Notes: generated from the sequence alone by a model not told the origin. Positions 33,197-46,658 are shown, counted from the first letter of the stretch. The stretch is DNA of 64,000 nucleotides from Burkholderiales bacterium (GCA_020854105.1 JADZGB010000041.1:2809-66808), one strand, 5' to 3'. Made by a program: numbers and translations.

Positions 33197-33693
33197 TGCG
33201 CCGGGCGATGTTGATGCACCGGGCGATGTTCGTGCTGCTCGTGCTGCTGGCGGGCGCCGCACCGGCATGGGCGGAGCAGGCGGCCCCGGTGGGGGATCCT
33301 GCTGTCGAAGAGCGGCTCAAGACGCTGTCCAACGAACTGCGCTGCCTGGTCTGCCAAAACCAGTCGCTCGCCGATTCCAATGCCGACCTCGCCGTCGATC
33401 TGCGCAATCAGGTGCGCGAGCAGATTGTCGCCGGCAGGAGCGACGCGCAGATCCGCACCTGGCTCACCGAGCGCTATGGCGACTTCGTGCTCTACCGGCC
33501 GCCCCTGAAGAGGACCACCCTGATGCTCTGGCTCGGCCCGGCGCTGCTGCTCGTGGCCGCGCTCGCTGCGCTGTATCTCACCTTGCGCCGGCGCAGGCGC
33601 GACATGATCGCTCAGAACGTGGAGTTGACCGAAGCCGAGCGCCGCCGCGCCGAGGCACTGCTTGATCCCGACGAGGGCAGGGCGCCGCGATGA
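33196..33693 (+). CDS. ccmH: Cytochrome c-type biogenesis protein CcmH
   Basis: Signal peptide and the LRCLVCQNQSLADS (LRCxxC) motif. The start overlaps the ccmG stop. Confidence 0.9.
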   Translation: MRRAMLMHRAMFVLLVLLAGAAPAWAEQAAPVGDPAVEERLKTLSNELRCLVCQNQSLADSNADLAVDLRNQVREQIVAGRSDAQIRTWLTERYGDFVLYRPPLKRTTLMLWLGPALLLVAALAALYLTLRRRRRDMIAQNVELTEAERRRAEALLDPDEGRAPR

Positions 33694-34910
33694 CCGTATT
33701 TGGCATCATCGCCTCCGCCTTCGTGCTCGTCGCTCTGGCCTTCGTGCTGTGGCCACTGCTGCGTGGGAGCGCGCGCAGTGCTTCCTCCAGCGAGGCGGCC
33801 AACCTCGTGGTCTACCGCGACCAGTTCGCCGAACTCGAGCGCGATCTCAGGCTCGGCACCCTGGGCAACGCGCAATACGACGCCGCGCGGGCAGAATTGC
33901 AGAAGCGCCTGCTGGACGAGGTCGGCGAGCGCGGCGAAGCCGCGGCCACGGTGGCGCGCGGCAGCCGGGTCACGGCGGTGCTCATCGCGCTGGCGATCCC
34001 GGTCGCGGCAGCCGCCCTGTACGGCGTGCTCGGCGAGCCGGAGGGAATCGGCGCGGCGAAGCGCAGCGTGGCCGACAGCACGCCGATCAGCGCGGAACAG
34101 TTCCAGGCGATGACCGCGCAGCTGGCCGAGCGCATGCAGAGGAATCCGGACGACGTGCTCGGCTGGGTCATGCTCGGGCGTGCCTACAAGTCGCTCGAGC
34201 GCTATCCGGACGCGGTGGATGCACTGGCCAAGGCGTACGCACTGCAGCCCGCCGACGCGGAGGTGATGGTCGAGTATGCCGAGGCACTCGGCCAGGCCCG
34301 CGGCAGCCTGCAGGGGCAGCCGCGCCAGCTGCTCGACAGGGCTCTCATGATCGCGCCGAACGACGCCAAGACGCTCACCATGGCGGGCGGCGCGGCCTTC
34401 GAGGCGAAGGACTACGCGCGCGCGATCGCCCACTGGGAGAAGCTGTCCATCCAGGTGCCGAAGGATTCCGAACTCGGCGAGGCACTGGCGAGCGGGATCG
34501 AGCGTGCACGCGCGCTGCAGGCGGGTGACGAGGGAGCGGCCGGCCCGGCTGCGGCGAGCACCGGGAAGGAGGCGATCAGCGGACGCGTCAGCATCGCCGC
34601 CGCGTTCGAGGACAACGTCGCACCCAACGACACGGTCTTCATCTTCGCGCGCGCCGCGCAGGGGCCGGGCATGCCGCTCGCGATCCTGCGCAAGCAGGTC
34701 AAGGATCTGCCGGCGGAGTTCGTGCTGGACGATTCGTCCTCGATGAGCGGGCAGGCCAGGCTGTCGGGCGCGGGAGAGGTCGTGGTCACGGCACGCGTCT
34801 CGCGTAGCGGCAGCGCGGCCGCCGCCAGCGGCGACCTGCAGGGCGAGAGCGCAACCCTCGAGCCCGGGGCGAAGGGCGTTGCCATCACGATCGACATGGT
34901 GCTCCCCTGA
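33690..34910 (+). CDS. ccmI: Cytochrome c-type biogenesis protein CcmI/CycH (TPR)
   Basis: N-terminal TM segments, YRDQFAELERD, and TPR-like repeats. ATGA overlap with ccmH. Confidence 0.8.
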   Translation: MTVFGIIASAFVLVALAFVLWPLLRGSARSASSSEAANLVVYRDQFAELERDLRLGTLGNAQYDAARAELQKRLLDEVGERGEAAATVARGSRVTAVLIALAIPVAAAALYGVLGEPEGIGAAKRSVADSTPISAEQFQAMTAQLAERMQRNPDDVLGWVMLGRAYKSLERYPDAVDALAKAYALQPADAEVMVEYAEALGQARGSLQGQPRQLLDRALMIAPNDAKTLTMAGGAAFEAKDYARAIAHWEKLSIQVPKDSELGEALASGIERARALQAGDEGAAGPAAASTGKEAISGRVSIAAAFEDNVAPNDTVFIFARAAQGPGMPLAILRKQVKDLPAEFVLDDSSSMSGQARLSGAGEVVVTARVSRSGSAAAASGDLQGESATLEPGAKGVAITIDMVLP

Positions 34911-35914
34911 TGGCGGCACGGCGCCTGGCCGCCATCCTGATGGGGGCAGCACTGGCCGCCTCGCTCGTCCTGCACGCTCAGACTCCGCCGCCCGAATTCC
35001 GCCCCCTGTCGGAGCCGGTACAGCGCTTCGTGGACTACATGGCAGCTACGCACGCTTTCGAGCGCAGTGCCCTGCACGACCTGTTCGCGCAGCTCAAGCC
35101 GAGCGCCGGTGTGCAGAAGGCCATCGCCGCGCCCAGCACGGCACGCCCCTGGCACGAGTTCCGGCCGCTGTTCGTGGACCGCTCGCGGATCGACAACGGC
35201 GTGAAGTTCTGGGACGCCCACGCACCGCTGCTGGCGCGGGCGCAGGAGGAGTTCGGGATACCGGCCGCGGTCATCGTCGCCATCGTCGGTGTCGAGACGC
35301 GCTACGGCAGGGTGACCGGCAGCTTTCGCACCCTGGACGCCCTGCACACGCTCGCCTTCGAAGGCACGAACCGGCCCGAGTTTTTCCGCAGCGAACTCGA
35401 GCATTTCCTGCTGCTGACGCGGGAGCAGCGCTGGAGCGCGACCGACATCAAGGGCTCGTATGCGGGCGCCATGGGATGGCCGCAGTTCATGCCCAGCAGC
35501 TACCGGCGCTACAGCATCGACTACGACGGCGACGGGCGCGTGGATCTGTGGTCCAGCGCGGCCGACGTGGTGGGCAGCGTCGCCAGCTATCTGGCGCAGT
35601 TCGGCTGGCGGGTGGGCGAGCCGTTCGCGGTGCGTGCGCGCTTCGACGGCGATCCCGAGCAGATGCCTGCGCTGGGCACGGAGCCGGCGTTCAACGTCGG
35701 GCAGTGGCGCATGCGCGGGGTGCAGGCTGCGGACGACGTCCCGGCCCAGCTGGACGCCGGCCTGTTCCGGCTCGATCTGGCCGATGGGCCGGAGTACTGG
35801 CTCGGCTTCGGCAACTTCTACGCGGTGCTGCACTACAACCGCAGCCGTCACTACGCGATGGCGGTGTGGGAGCTGGCGCAGGAAATCAGCGCCGCGCGCG
35901 AGCAACCGCTCTGA
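34910..35914 (+). CDS. mltB: Lytic murein transglycosylase B
   Basis: 334 aa. VAIVGVETRYG, YAGAMGWPQFMPSSY, DGDGRVDLW and NFYAVLHYNRSRHYAMAV are typical of the MltB/Slt35 family. Confidence 0.85.
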   Translation: MAARRLAAILMGAALAASLVLHAQTPPPEFRPLSEPVQRFVDYMAATHAFERSALHDLFAQLKPSAGVQKAIAAPSTARPWHEFRPLFVDRSRIDNGVKFWDAHAPLLARAQEEFGIPAAVIVAIVGVETRYGRVTGSFRTLDALHTLAFEGTNRPEFFRSELEHFLLLTREQRWSATDIKGSYAGAMGWPQFMPSSYRRYSIDYDGDGRVDLWSSAADVVGSVASYLAQFGWRVGEPFAVRARFDGDPEQMPALGTEPAFNVGQWRMRGVQAADDVPAQLDAGLFRLDLADGPEYWLGFGNFYAVLHYNRSRHYAMAVWELAQEISAAREQPL

Positions 35915-35917
35915 TTC

Positions 35918-35946
35918 GTCATTCCGGCGAAAGCCGGAATCCAGAG
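35918..35946. repeat. GAAA-tetraloop hairpin repeat (gtcattccggcgaaagccggaatccag)
   Basis: attccggc-gaaa-gccggaat. A second hairpin, ccccgga-ttaaggcat-tccgggg, follows within 70 nt. Lies between the convergent genes mltB and mutS. Confidence 0.5.
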
Positions 35947-36048
35947 TTTGCGACGAACCCCTTCTATTTGTGCTAGGCCCCGGCCCCGGATTAAGGCATT
36001 CCGGGGCAGGCGTTCACACGCCGGGGCGACGGAGTGGCGGCGGGTCAC

Positions 36049-38631
36049 TCATTCGCCATCGAGAGCCTGCTTCAATCGGTACAAGACCTCCAGCGCCTCG
36101 CGCGGCGTGAGGCCGTCGGGGTCGAGCGCGCGCAATGCGGCCAGCGCCGGATGCGGTGCCTGCTCGTGCGCCTCGGGCTCGGCATCGGTGATGTTCCCAC
36201 TGAACAGATCGCCCTGCAGGTCCTGCCGTGCGGCTCGCTCCTCCAGTTCTGCCAGGCGTTTGCGTGCCGCGCGCAGCACCGGCGCCGGCACGCCTGCGAG
36301 TTGCGCCACCTGGATGCCGTAGCTGCGCGAGGCCGGACCTTCCTGCACGCTGTGCAGGAACACGATGCGGTCCTTGTGCTCAACCGCGTCGAGGTGCACG
36401 TTGGCCACCTCGCGATATGCCTGCGCCAGCGCGGTCAGCTCGAAGTAGTGCGTGGCGAACAGTGCGAAGCAGCGGTTCCTCTCCACCAGGTGCCGGGCGA
36501 TCGCCCATGCCAGCGCCAGGCCGTCGAAGGTGGAGGTGCCGCGCCCGACCTCGTCCATGATCACCAGGCTGCGCGGTGTGGCGTTGTGCAGGATGTTCGC
36601 GCTCTCGGTCATCTCCACCATGAACGTCGAGCGGCCGCCCGCGAGGTCATCGGCGGCGCCGATGCGCGTGAAGATGGCATCCACCGGGCCGATGCGCGCA
36701 CGGCTGGCCGGCACGAAGCAGCCGCAGCAGGCGAGCAGCACGATGTGCGCGACCTGGCGCATGTAGGTGGACTTGCCGCCCATGTTCGGACCGGTGATGA
36801 GCAGCAGCCGGCGAACAGCGCCGAGCCGCAGATCGTTGGCGATGAAGCCGTCCACCTGCCGTTCGACCACCGGGTGCCGGCCGGCCTCGATCTCGAGCAC
36901 GTCATCCTGCGTCATCTGCGGACGCACCAGATCCAGTGCCAGGGCGCGTTCGGCGAAGGCCGCCAGCAGGTCGAGTTCGGCCAGCGCCGCGGCAAGCGTG
37001 CGCAGATCGGGAATGTGCGAGGCGAGCAACTCGAGCAGCTGCTCGTAGAGGAGCTTCTCGCGCGCGAGCGCCCGGTCCTGGGCCGACAGCGCCTTGTCCT
37101 CGAACGCCTTCAGCTCGGGCGTGATGTAGCGCTCGGCGTTCTTCAGCGTCTGGCGGCGCCGGTAGTCGTCGGGCACGCGCACGCTGTTGGCGTGCGTGAC
37201 CTCGATGTAGAAGCCGTGCACGCGGTTATACTCCACGCGCAGGGTGGCGATACCGGTGCGGGAGCGCTCGCGCGACTCCAGATCGAGCAGGAAGGCGCCG
37301 CAATCGTTCTGGATCGCGCGCAGCTCGTCGAGCTGCGCGTCGTATCCGTCGGCAATGACGTTGCCGTCGCGGATGGCGGCAGCCGGTTCCGGCTTGATGG
37401 AGCGCACGAGCAGATCCTGCAGCGCCTCGCGCGGCCGCAGGTCGGCGCGTAGCGCCATCAGGCGTTCTCCGGGCAGGTCTTCCAGGCGTGCGCACAGCCC
37501 GGGCAGCAGGACCAGGGTGTCGCGCACGCCCGCGAGGTCGCGCGGGCGCGCGCTGCGCAGCGCGATGCGCGCGGTGATGCGCTCGGCATCGGCGCAGCGC
37601 CCGAGCAGTTCGCGCACGCCCTCGAAAGGCTGGACCCCGGAGGTATCGGTCAGCGCCTGCACGGCATCGAAGCGATGCTGCGCGACGCGCGTGTCACGCA
37701 GCGGATTTTGCAGCGCGTGCCGGAGCCGGCGCGAGCCCATCCCGGTGCGGCAGGTATCCAGCAGCGACAGCAGCGTCGGCGCCGGTTCGCCGCGCAGCGT
37801 CTCGGTGATCTCGAGGTTGCGCCGCGTCGCGGCGTCGATGCGCAGGTACCGCGCGTCGTCCTCCACGCGCAGGCCCAGTACGTGCGCCGGCGCCGCGCCC
37901 TGGGTGCTGCGGCAGTACTCGAGCAATGCGCCCGCGGCACCGATCGCGGCGCGAAGATGCTGGGCACCGAAACCATGGAGGTCGCGCGTGCCGAAGTGTG
38001 CGCACAGGGCGCGATGTGCAGCGTCGGCCTCGAAACGCCACGCGGGAAGGCGTTTCACCGACGCCTCGGACCCTGGCGCCAGGTCAGGACAGTCCTCGGG
38101 CATCAGTATCTCGGCCGGCTGCAGACGGGTCAGCTGCGCGGGCACTTGCGCAGCCGGGATCTCCATGACACTGAACTCGCCCGAGGCGAGGCTGATCCAG
38201 GCCAGTCCCGCACGCTCGCCACCGGGAACGAGCGCCAGCAGCAGGCTGTCGCGCTTGTCGTCGAGCAGCGCGGCATCGGTGAGCGTGCCCGGCGTGACCA
38301 CGCGCGTCACCTTGCGCTCGACCGGGCCCTTGGACAGCGCCGGGTCGCCGATCTGTTCGCAGATCGCCACTGACTCGCCCCGCTTCACCAGCTTCAGCAG
38401 GTACTGGTCGACTGCGTGGAAGGGCACACCCGCCATGCGGATCGGCGTGCCGGCCGAGGCGCCGCGCGTGGTGAGCGTGATGTCGAGCAGTCCCGCGGCC
38501 CGTTCCGCGTCCTGGTAGAACAGTTCGTAGAAATCGCCCATGCGGTAGAACACCAGCATGTCGGGATACTGGGCCTTGATGCGCAGGTACTGCTGCATCA
38601 TCGGCGTGTGGGCGTCGAGGCGGTCGCTCAT
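36049..38631 (-). CDS. mutS: DNA mismatch repair protein MutS
   Basis: 860 aa. [36 protein letters not shown]. Confidence 0.97.
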   Translation of the reverse strand: MSDRLDAHTPMMQQYLRIKAQYPDMLVFYRMGDFYELFYQDAERAAGLLDITLTTRGASAGTPIRMAGVPFHAVDQYLLKLVKRGESVAICEQIGDPALSKGPVERKVTRVVTPGTLTDAALLDDKRDSLLLALVPGGERAGLAWISLASGEFSVMEIPAAQVPAQLTRLQPAEILMPEDCPDLAPGSEASVKRLPAWRFEADAAHRALCAHFGTRDLHGFGAQHLRAAIGAAGALLEYCRSTQGAAPAHVLGLRVEDDARYLRIDAATRRNLEITETLRGEPAPTLLSLLDTCRTGMGSRRLRHALQNPLRDTRVAQHRFDAVQALTDTSGVQPFEGVRELLGRCADAERITARIALRSARPRDLAGVRDTLVLLPGLCARLEDLPGERLMALRADLRPREALQDLLVRSIKPEPAAAIRDGNVIADGYDAQLDELRAIQNDCGAFLLDLESRERSRTGIATLRVEYNRVHGFYIEVTHANSVRVPDDYRRRQTLKNAERYITPELKAFEDKALSAQDRALAREKLLYEQLLELLASHIPDLRTLAAALAELDLLAAFAERALALDLVRPQMTQDDVLEIEAGRHPVVERQVDGFIANDLRLGAVRRLLLITGPNMGGKSTYMRQVAHIVLLACCGCFVPASRARIGPVDAIFTRIGAADDLAGGRSTFMVEMTESANILHNATPRSLVIMDEVGRGTSTFDGLALAWAIARHLVERNRCFALFATHYFELTALAQAYREVANVHLDAVEHKDRIVFLHSVQEGPASRSYGIQVAQLAGVPAPVLRAARKRLAELEERAARQDLQGDLFSGNITDAEPEAHEQAPHPALAALRALDPDGLTPREALEVLYRLKQALDGE

Positions 38632-38737
38632 GTCGGCGGGCGGGGAAGGACGGGCGCTATTCTACCGGCGGCCTGCGCCGGACCTGCTATGGCTCGGATC
38701 ATGCTCGATGCAGTGCCGATCCCACGCGCCAGCATCC

Positions 38738-39565
38738 ATGCCCAGACCGCAGTACATCGACCGCTACCGCATCGTGCGCCGCCTCGGGGGCAGTGGCGAG
38801 TGCCGGGTGTTCGAGGCGGCCACGCCAGAGGGCACTGCGGTGGCGCTGAAGCTGCTGCTGCCGGCCGACCCGCCTCGCGCCGATGCCGCCGAGGTGCTGG
38901 CACGCTTCCGGCGCGAGGCCGAGGTGGTGCAGCGGCTCTCTCACCCGGGAATCGTGCGCCTGCTCGACTGCGGCACGGACGCGGGCCGTGCCTGGCTGGT
39001 GCTGGAACTGGTGCGCGGCCCCGTCCTCTCGTCCGTCATGCGCGGCCTGCCGCTGGCCGCTGCGCTCGCCTGCATCGACGCCATCCTCGATGCGCTCGCG
39101 CACCTTCACGAGCACGGTGTGGTGCATCGTGACCTGAAGCCGGCCAACATCGTGCTGGATGCCCGGCGCGGACCGGTGCTGTGCGATTTCGGTCTGGCCC
39201 ATGTCGACGATTCACTGCTCACGCAACGCGGAGATCTGCTCGGGACGCCGGTCTACATGGCGCCCGAATGCTTCCGCGGCGAGGCGGTGGACGCGCGCAG
39301 CGACCTGTTCTCGGTCGCGGTGATGGCCTACGAACTGCTCGCGGGACAGTCGCCTTTCGCCGGAAACAACAGCGGCGAGATCATGCTGGCAGTGGTGCAG
39401 GACGAGCCGCTGCCCGCCTCGCACTGGAACGCCGAGCTGCCTGCTGCCGTGGACGAGGTTCTTGCCTGCGGCCTGGCCAAGCCGCGGCACCTGCGCTTCG
39501 CCAGTGCGGGTGCCTTCGCCGTCCGCCTGCGGCAGGCGATGCGTACGGTCGCCTCAGCCGGCTGA
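38738..39565 (+). CDS. Serine/threonine protein kinase (Hanks-type), kinase domain only
   Basis: 275 aa from ATG 38738 (alternative 38708). [32 protein letters not shown] and APE are all present. Confidence 0.8.
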   Translation: MPRPQYIDRYRIVRRLGGSGECRVFEAATPEGTAVALKLLLPADPPRADAAEVLARFRREAEVVQRLSHPGIVRLLDCGTDAGRAWLVLELVRGPVLSSVMRGLPLAAALACIDAILDALAHLHEHGVVHRDLKPANIVLDARRGPVLCDFGLAHVDDSLLTQRGDLLGTPVYMAPECFRGEAVDARSDLFSVAVMAYELLAGQSPFAGNNSGEIMLAVVQDEPLPASHWNAELPAAVDEVLACGLAKPRHLRFASAGAFAVRLRQAMRTVASAG

Positions 39566-40387
39566 TTCGGCGCCGGCTGCAACGGCGCGCAGCGCGGGCG
39601 TCAGATGCGGTTCGATCGCCTGCAGCAGCTGCACGAAGATCTTGGGATTGCCGGCGACGATCTGGCCGCGCTGCATGTAACTCTCGTTGCCCTCGAGGTC
39701 GCCGACCAGACCGCCGGCCTCGAGGATCATCACCACGCCTGCCGCCATGTCCCACGGGGACAGGCCGATTTCCCAGAATCCGTCCACGCGCCCCGCCGCC
39801 ACGGCGGCCAGGTCCAGTGCCGCGGCGCCGGGCCGGCGGATCCCGGCCGTCTTGCACATCAGGTCCTTCATCATCCCGATGTAGGCATCGGCGTGGGCGA
39901 ACTCGCGGAACGGAAATCCGGTGGCGATCAGGCCGTCGATCAGCTTGGTACGCCGGGATACGCGCATGCGCCGCTCGTTCAGGAACGCCCCGCGGCCGCG
40001 CGAGGCGGTGTACAGATCATTGCGGGTCGGATCGTAGATCACGCCGTGGGTGAGCACGCCCTTGACCGCCACGCCGATGGACACGGCATATACCGGAAAG
40101 CCGTGCAGGTAATTGGTGGTGCCGTCCAGGGGATCGATGATCCAGAGATGGTCGGAATCGCCGGAGGCGCCGCTCTCCTCTGCTAGAATCGCGTGCTCCG
40201 GATAAGCGCCACGGATGGTCTCGATGATCGCCGCCTCGGCCGCGCGATCGACCTCGGAGACCAGATCGTTCAGGCTCTTGTGTTTGATCGTCAGCGCATC
40301 GAGATTGTCGGCCGCCTGATTGATGATGCGGCCGGCACGCCGCGCGGCCTTCACCGCGATGTTGATGATAGGGTGGTTGAGCGCCAT
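39554..40387 (-). CDS. suhB: Inositol-1-monophosphatase family protein SuhB
   Basis: 277 aa. [17 protein letters not shown] and AAGALDLA-type motifs. The 3' end overlaps the kinase gene by 12 nt. Confidence 0.9.
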   Translation of the reverse strand: MALNHPIINIAVKAARRAGRIINQAADNLDALTIKHKSLNDLVSEVDRAAEAAIIETIRGAYPEHAILAEESGASGDSDHLWIIDPLDGTTNYLHGFPVYAVSIGVAVKGVLTHGVIYDPTRNDLYTASRGRGAFLNERRMRVSRRTKLIDGLIATGFPFREFAHADAYIGMMKDLMCKTAGIRRPGAAALDLAAVAAGRVDGFWEIGLSPWDMAAGVVMILEAGGLVGDLEGNESYMQRGQIVAGNPKIFVQLLQAIEPHLTPALRAVAAGAESAG

Positions 40388-40457
40388 CAGTGCGTCGATT
40401 CGTCGTGAAGGGATCGGGTTGCGGCAAAGAACGAAGCGCGCATTCTAATTTGTTTCC

Positions 40458-41222
40458 GTGCCACACCTCACGCCCGACTCCGTCCCGCCCGCACTGCTGT
40501 CCAACGTGCGCGTCGTGCTGTGCCAGACCAGCCACCCGGGCAACATCGGCGCGTGTGCCCGCGCGATGAAGACGATGGGGCTGGAGCACCTGCTGCTGGT
40601 GAACCCGAAGTTCTTCCCGCATCGGGAAGCCGAGGCGATGGCCGCGCGCGCCACCGACATCCTCGGGCAGGCGCGGGTTTGCGCCGATCTGGAAGAGGCC
40701 CTGCAGGGGACCGTCTTTGCCACGGCCAGCACGGCGCGCAACCGCGACCTGTCGCATCCGGTGCTCACGCCACGCGAGGCCGCCGTGCGCATGATGGAAG
40801 AGGCGCGGCACGGGCCGGTGGCGCTGGTGATGGGCGCGGAGAAGTACGGGCTGACGGTGGAGGAGGTGAACCGCTGCAGCGCGATCGCCACGGTTCCGGC
40901 CAATCCGCAGTACGCCTCGCTGAACATCGCCGCCGCCGTTCAGTTGTTCGCCTACGAGTTGCGTCTCGCGGCGCTGGATCCCGCGCCCGTGCAGCAGGCC
41001 TTCGCGCCTGCCTCGCACGAGGATCTGGAACTGTTCTACGTGCACCTAGAGCAGACCCTGCGCGAAGTGGGCTTTCTCGACCCGGCGGCGCCGAAACGCC
41101 TGATGCAGCGCATGCGCCGCCTGTTCGTGCGCGCGCGGGTGGAGCGCGAGGAGCTGAACATCCTGCGCGGCATCCTGGCCGCGACGCAGGAGGCCGCGCG
41201 CAAGGGCGGCAAAGTTGACTAA
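40458..41222 (+). CDS. trmJ: tRNA (cytidine/uridine-2'-O-)-methyltransferase TrmJ (SpoU family)
   Basis: GTG start. [26 protein letters not shown]...[12 protein letters not shown]...[19 protein letters not shown] closely parallels E. coli TrmJ as I recall it. Confidence 0.8.
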   Translation: MPHLTPDSVPPALLSNVRVVLCQTSHPGNIGACARAMKTMGLEHLLLVNPKFFPHREAEAMAARATDILGQARVCADLEEALQGTVFATASTARNRDLSHPVLTPREAAVRMMEEARHGPVALVMGAEKYGLTVEEVNRCSAIATVPANPQYASLNIAAAVQLFAYELRLAALDPAPVQQAFAPASHEDLELFYVHLEQTLREVGFLDPAAPKRLMQRMRRLFVRARVEREELNILRGILAATQEAARKGGKVD

Positions 41223-41281
41223 ACTGTCGGGTTTATCCAGCTGCGGCACCAGGGTTGGCCGCGTGCCATCCTGCCAACGAC

Positions 41282-42034
41282 ATGTTTGAGGGCATCAGGG
41301 AAGACATCCGGTGTGTGTTCGACCGGGATCCGGCGGCGCGCACGACCTGGGAGGTCATCACCTGCTACCCCGGGTTCCACGCACGCCTGTTCCACCGTGC
41401 CGCCCACCGGCTGTGGAGCCTACGGCTGAAGTGGCTGGCGCGCTTCGTGTCGCACCTGGGCCGACTGGTGACCGGCATCGAGATCCACCCCGGCGCCCGG
41501 ATCGGCCGGCGCTTCTTCATCGATCACGGAATGGGCGTGGTGATCGGCGAGACGGCCGAGATCCGCGACGACGTTACGCTGTACCACGGCGTCACCCTGG
41601 GGGGGACCACCTGGAACAAGGGCAAGCGCCATCCCACCCTGGACGACAACGTGGTGGTGGGAGCCGGAGCCAAGATACTCGGGCCGATCCACATCGGCGT
41701 AGGGGCCAAGGTCGGCTCCAATGCCGTGGTCGTGCGCGACGTGCCTGCCCGGGCGACCGCGGTCGGCATTCCTGCACGCATCGTCGAACCGGGCCGGGAC
41801 GAGGAGCGCCAGCGTGCGGCGGAACGGCTGGGATTCTCCGCCTACGGCATCAGCTCGGACATGAACGATCCGACGGTGAAGGCGATCCACGCACTGCTCG
41901 ATCACATGGTGAACATCGACGCCCGGATCGAGGCGATTCTCGCCCGCCTCGAGCAGGCCGGAATCGCGGGCGATGGGGAGAGCACGAAGAAGGACGATTT
42001 CGACGCGAACTATCTGAACCGGATTGTTGACTGA
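41282..42034 (+). CDS. cysE: Serine O-acetyltransferase
   Basis: ATG 41282. Hexapeptide-repeat region [30 protein letters not shown]...GVTLGG...KRHPTL. Confidence 0.9.
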   Translation: MFEGIREDIRCVFDRDPAARTTWEVITCYPGFHARLFHRAAHRLWSLRLKWLARFVSHLGRLVTGIEIHPGARIGRRFFIDHGMGVVIGETAEIRDDVTLYHGVTLGGTTWNKGKRHPTLDDNVVVGAGAKILGPIHIGVGAKVGSNAVVVRDVPARATAVGIPARIVEPGRDEERQRAAERLGFSAYGISSDMNDPTVKAIHALLDHMVNIDARIEAILARLEQAGIAGDGESTKKDDFDANYLNRIVD

Positions 42035-42055
42035 AAGCGTCGGGAATTGTATAGT
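42027..42055 (+). promoter_or_regulatory. Candidate sigma-70 promoter of iscR-suf (TTGACT-17-TATAGT)
   Basis: ttgact at 42027-42032 (overlapping the cysE stop), a 17-nt spacer, tatagt at 42050-42055. Confidence 0.6.
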
Positions 42056-42075
42056 CGACTACGTTAGTCGGATAT
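42051..42075 (+). promoter_or_regulatory. IscR type-1-like operator
   Basis: atagtcgactacgttagtcggatat matches about 22 of 25 positions of the type-1 IscR consensus ATASYYGACTRWWWYAGTCRRSTAT as I recall it. It overlaps the -10 element. Confidence 0.6.
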
Positions 42076-42137
42076 GCATGGGGGCGGCATCCCGATCCGG
42101 GTGCCGGACAGCCAGTCTTTCAACTGCGGGAAGCGCC

Positions 42138-42620
42138 ATGAGACTCACCACGAAGGGACGTTTTGCGGTAACTGCGATGATCGACCTCGCCCTGAACGCC
42201 GGTCCGGAGCCGGTGACGTTGGCGGAGATCTCGGGACGGCAGAAGATTTCGCTCTCCTACCTCGAGCAGCTGTTCGGCAAGCTGCGTCGCAACGGGCTGG
42301 TGCAGAGCGTGCGCGGACCCGGCGGCGGGTATCGGCCGGCCAAGTCGCTCGAAACGGTGTCGGTCGCCGACATCATCATCGCGGTGGACGAACCGATCGA
42401 TGCCACGCAATGCGCCGGGAAGGAGAATTGCCGAGACGAGCGCAAGTGCATCACCCACGATCTGTGGATGAGTCTGAACGATCACATCTTCGACTATCTG
42501 CGCGCAGTGACCCTGGCGCAGCTGGTGGCCAGGCAGCGTGCGGAGGCCGACGAGACCAAGGTCATGGAACTGAAGGATCAGCGGCAGCGGCGCGAGTCGC
42601 CTTCTCCGCTGACGGTCTGA
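42138..42620 (+). CDS. iscR: Rrf2-family Fe-S cluster assembly regulator IscR
   Basis: 160 aa. MRLTTKGRFAVTAMIDLA...ISLSYLEQLFGKLRRNGLV, and a three-Cys cluster ligand pattern CAGKENCRDERKC. Confidence 0.85.
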   Translation: MRLTTKGRFAVTAMIDLALNAGPEPVTLAEISGRQKISLSYLEQLFGKLRRNGLVQSVRGPGGGYRPAKSLETVSVADIIIAVDEPIDATQCAGKENCRDERKCITHDLWMSLNDHIFDYLRAVTLAQLVARQRAEADETKVMELKDQRQRRESPSPLTV

Positions 42621-42636
42621 CAAGCGAGGTCCATAC

Positions 42637-42960
42637 GTGTCCATCCAACTGACAGAGCGGGCTGCGAACCAGATCCGGCGCTCGCTCGCCAGGCGCGGCA
42701 GCGGCCTGGGGCTGCGCGTGAGCATCCGCAAGGTCGGCTGTTCGGGTTATGCCTACGACTTCGACTATGCCGACGAAGTCGCTGCATCCGATGCGCTGTT
42801 CGAGGCGCACGAGGCCAGGCTGGTGGTGGATTCCGAGGCATTGCCCTATCTGGACGGCTCGACGCTCGATTTCGTGCGCGAGGGTCTGAAGGAGTCGTTC
42901 AAGTTCGACAATCCGAACGTGAAGAACCAGTGCGGCTGCGGCGAGAGCTTCAGCGTCTGA
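42637..42960 (+). CDS. sufA: A-type Fe-S carrier (SufA/IscA, HesB family)
   Basis: GTG start, 107 aa. GCSGY...and C-terminal CGCGESF. Confidence 0.85.
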   Translation: MSIQLTERAANQIRRSLARRGSGLGLRVSIRKVGCSGYAYDFDYADEVAASDALFEAHEARLVVDSEALPYLDGSTLDFVREGLKESFKFDNPNVKNQCGCGESFSV

Positions 42961-42994
42961 AATCCTCACGATCACGAATCGAGTCACGAGTACG

Positions 42995-44431
<1,437 letters not shown>

Positions 44432-44436
44432 GTGAT

Positions 44437-44550
44437 TTCTGCCACAGAGGACACCGAGAAACGCATGCGTACCAAACGCGCCGGGAGCAGCAACCGCCGT
44501 TTCGGTGCGCTGGTCTTCTCTGTGCTCTCCGTGTCCTCGGAGGCAAGGGG
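44437..44550. repeat. REP/MITE-like element with terminal inverted repeats (copy 2)
   Basis: Left arm ttctgccacagaggacaccgagaaacg, right arm tcttctctgtgctctccgtgtcctcggaggcaagggg. Fills the sufB-sufC gap. Same termini as 19198..19336. Confidence 0.6.
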
Positions 44551-44562
44551 TTCTAGAACGAA

Positions 44563-45335
<773 letters not shown>

Positions 45336-45339
<4 letters not shown>

Positions 45340-46658
45340 GCGAAACGCTCTCCAACGGCCATCTCGACAGCCTTCTGCGCGGGCAGTCTCGTCTGCCGTC
45401 GAGCGCGCGCGGGTGGCTCGATGCGCTGCGCGCCGACGCGCTGGAGCAGGCCAACGCGCTCAGCGTGCCCACTACGCGCGACGAGGAGTGGCGCTACACC
45501 GACCTCTCGCCGCTGTATCAGAAGAGCTTTCTGCCCGCGCCGTCGGCCGGGACGGTCGCCGCGCAGGCGCTCGACGCCTGCCTGCTGCCCGAGGCCGGCT
45601 GCCGCCTGGTGTTCGTCGACGGCCACTACGCGCCGCGATTGTCCAGCGCCTGTGCGGACCCGGCGCTCGGCGTCACCTCGTTCTCGGATGCGCTCGCCGG
45701 GCAGGATCCGACCCTGCAGGCCAACCTCGCACGTCATGCTCCGCTCGGTGCGGACACTTTCGTGGCAGTGAACACGGCCTGGCTGCAGGACGGGGTGCAG
45801 GTGCGGGTGCATGCCGGCAGGACGGCTGCCGCTCCGATTCAGGTGCTGTGCCTGAGCACGCGGCCCGACGTGGTCGCCTACCCGCGGCTGCTGGTGGTGG
45901 CCGAGGCCGACAGCGGCTGCACCCTGGTCGAGGACTACGTCGCCCTTCACGGCGGAGAGTACCTGACCAATGCGGTGACCGAGGTCGCCCTGGCCGACGG
46001 GGCGCGCGTGCGCCACGTGCGCGTCCAGCGCGAGAGCACGAGCGGCTTCCATATCGGTACCTGCGGTGTTCGCATCGGACGGGGCGCGCACTACCTGAGC
46101 AGCGCCGTCGCGCTCGGCGCACGCATCTCGCGCTTCAATCTGAACATCGTGCAGGCGGCCGAGGGCGCGGAATCGACTCTCGACGGCCTCGCGCTGATCG
46201 GCGGAAGGCAGCTCGCCGACATGCACAGCCTCCTCGATCACCGTTACGCGCATGGGCGCAGCCGCCAGCTGTTCAAGAGCGTCGTGGACGACGAAGCACA
46301 TGCCGTGTTCAACGGCAAGATCTTCGTGCACCATGGCGCTCAGCGCACCGACTCCTCGCAGCAGAGCCGCAGCCTGCTGCTGTCCCCGCGCGCGCGCGTG
46401 GACAGCAAGCCGCAGCTCGAGATCTTCGCCGACGACGTCAAGTGCGCGCACGGTGCAGCGGTCGGTCAGCTGGAGGCCGAGCAGGTGTTCTACCTCAAGA
46501 GCCGCGGCCTGGACGAGGCGGGTGCGCGCAACCTGCTGACGTTCGCGTTCGCCGCCGAGATCGTGCACCGGATACCGTTGCCCTCGCTGGCCGCGCAGCT
46601 CGAGCGCATCGTCCTGCAGCAGACACAGAAGCAGACATCCGACAGGAACCGCCCATGA
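45336..46658 (+). CDS. sufD: Fe-S cluster assembly protein SufD
   Basis: GTG 45336 overlaps the sufC stop (GTGA). 440 aa with the SufD C-terminal beta-helix (SRSLLLSPRARVDSKPQLEIFADDVKCAHGAAVGQL). Confidence 0.9.
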
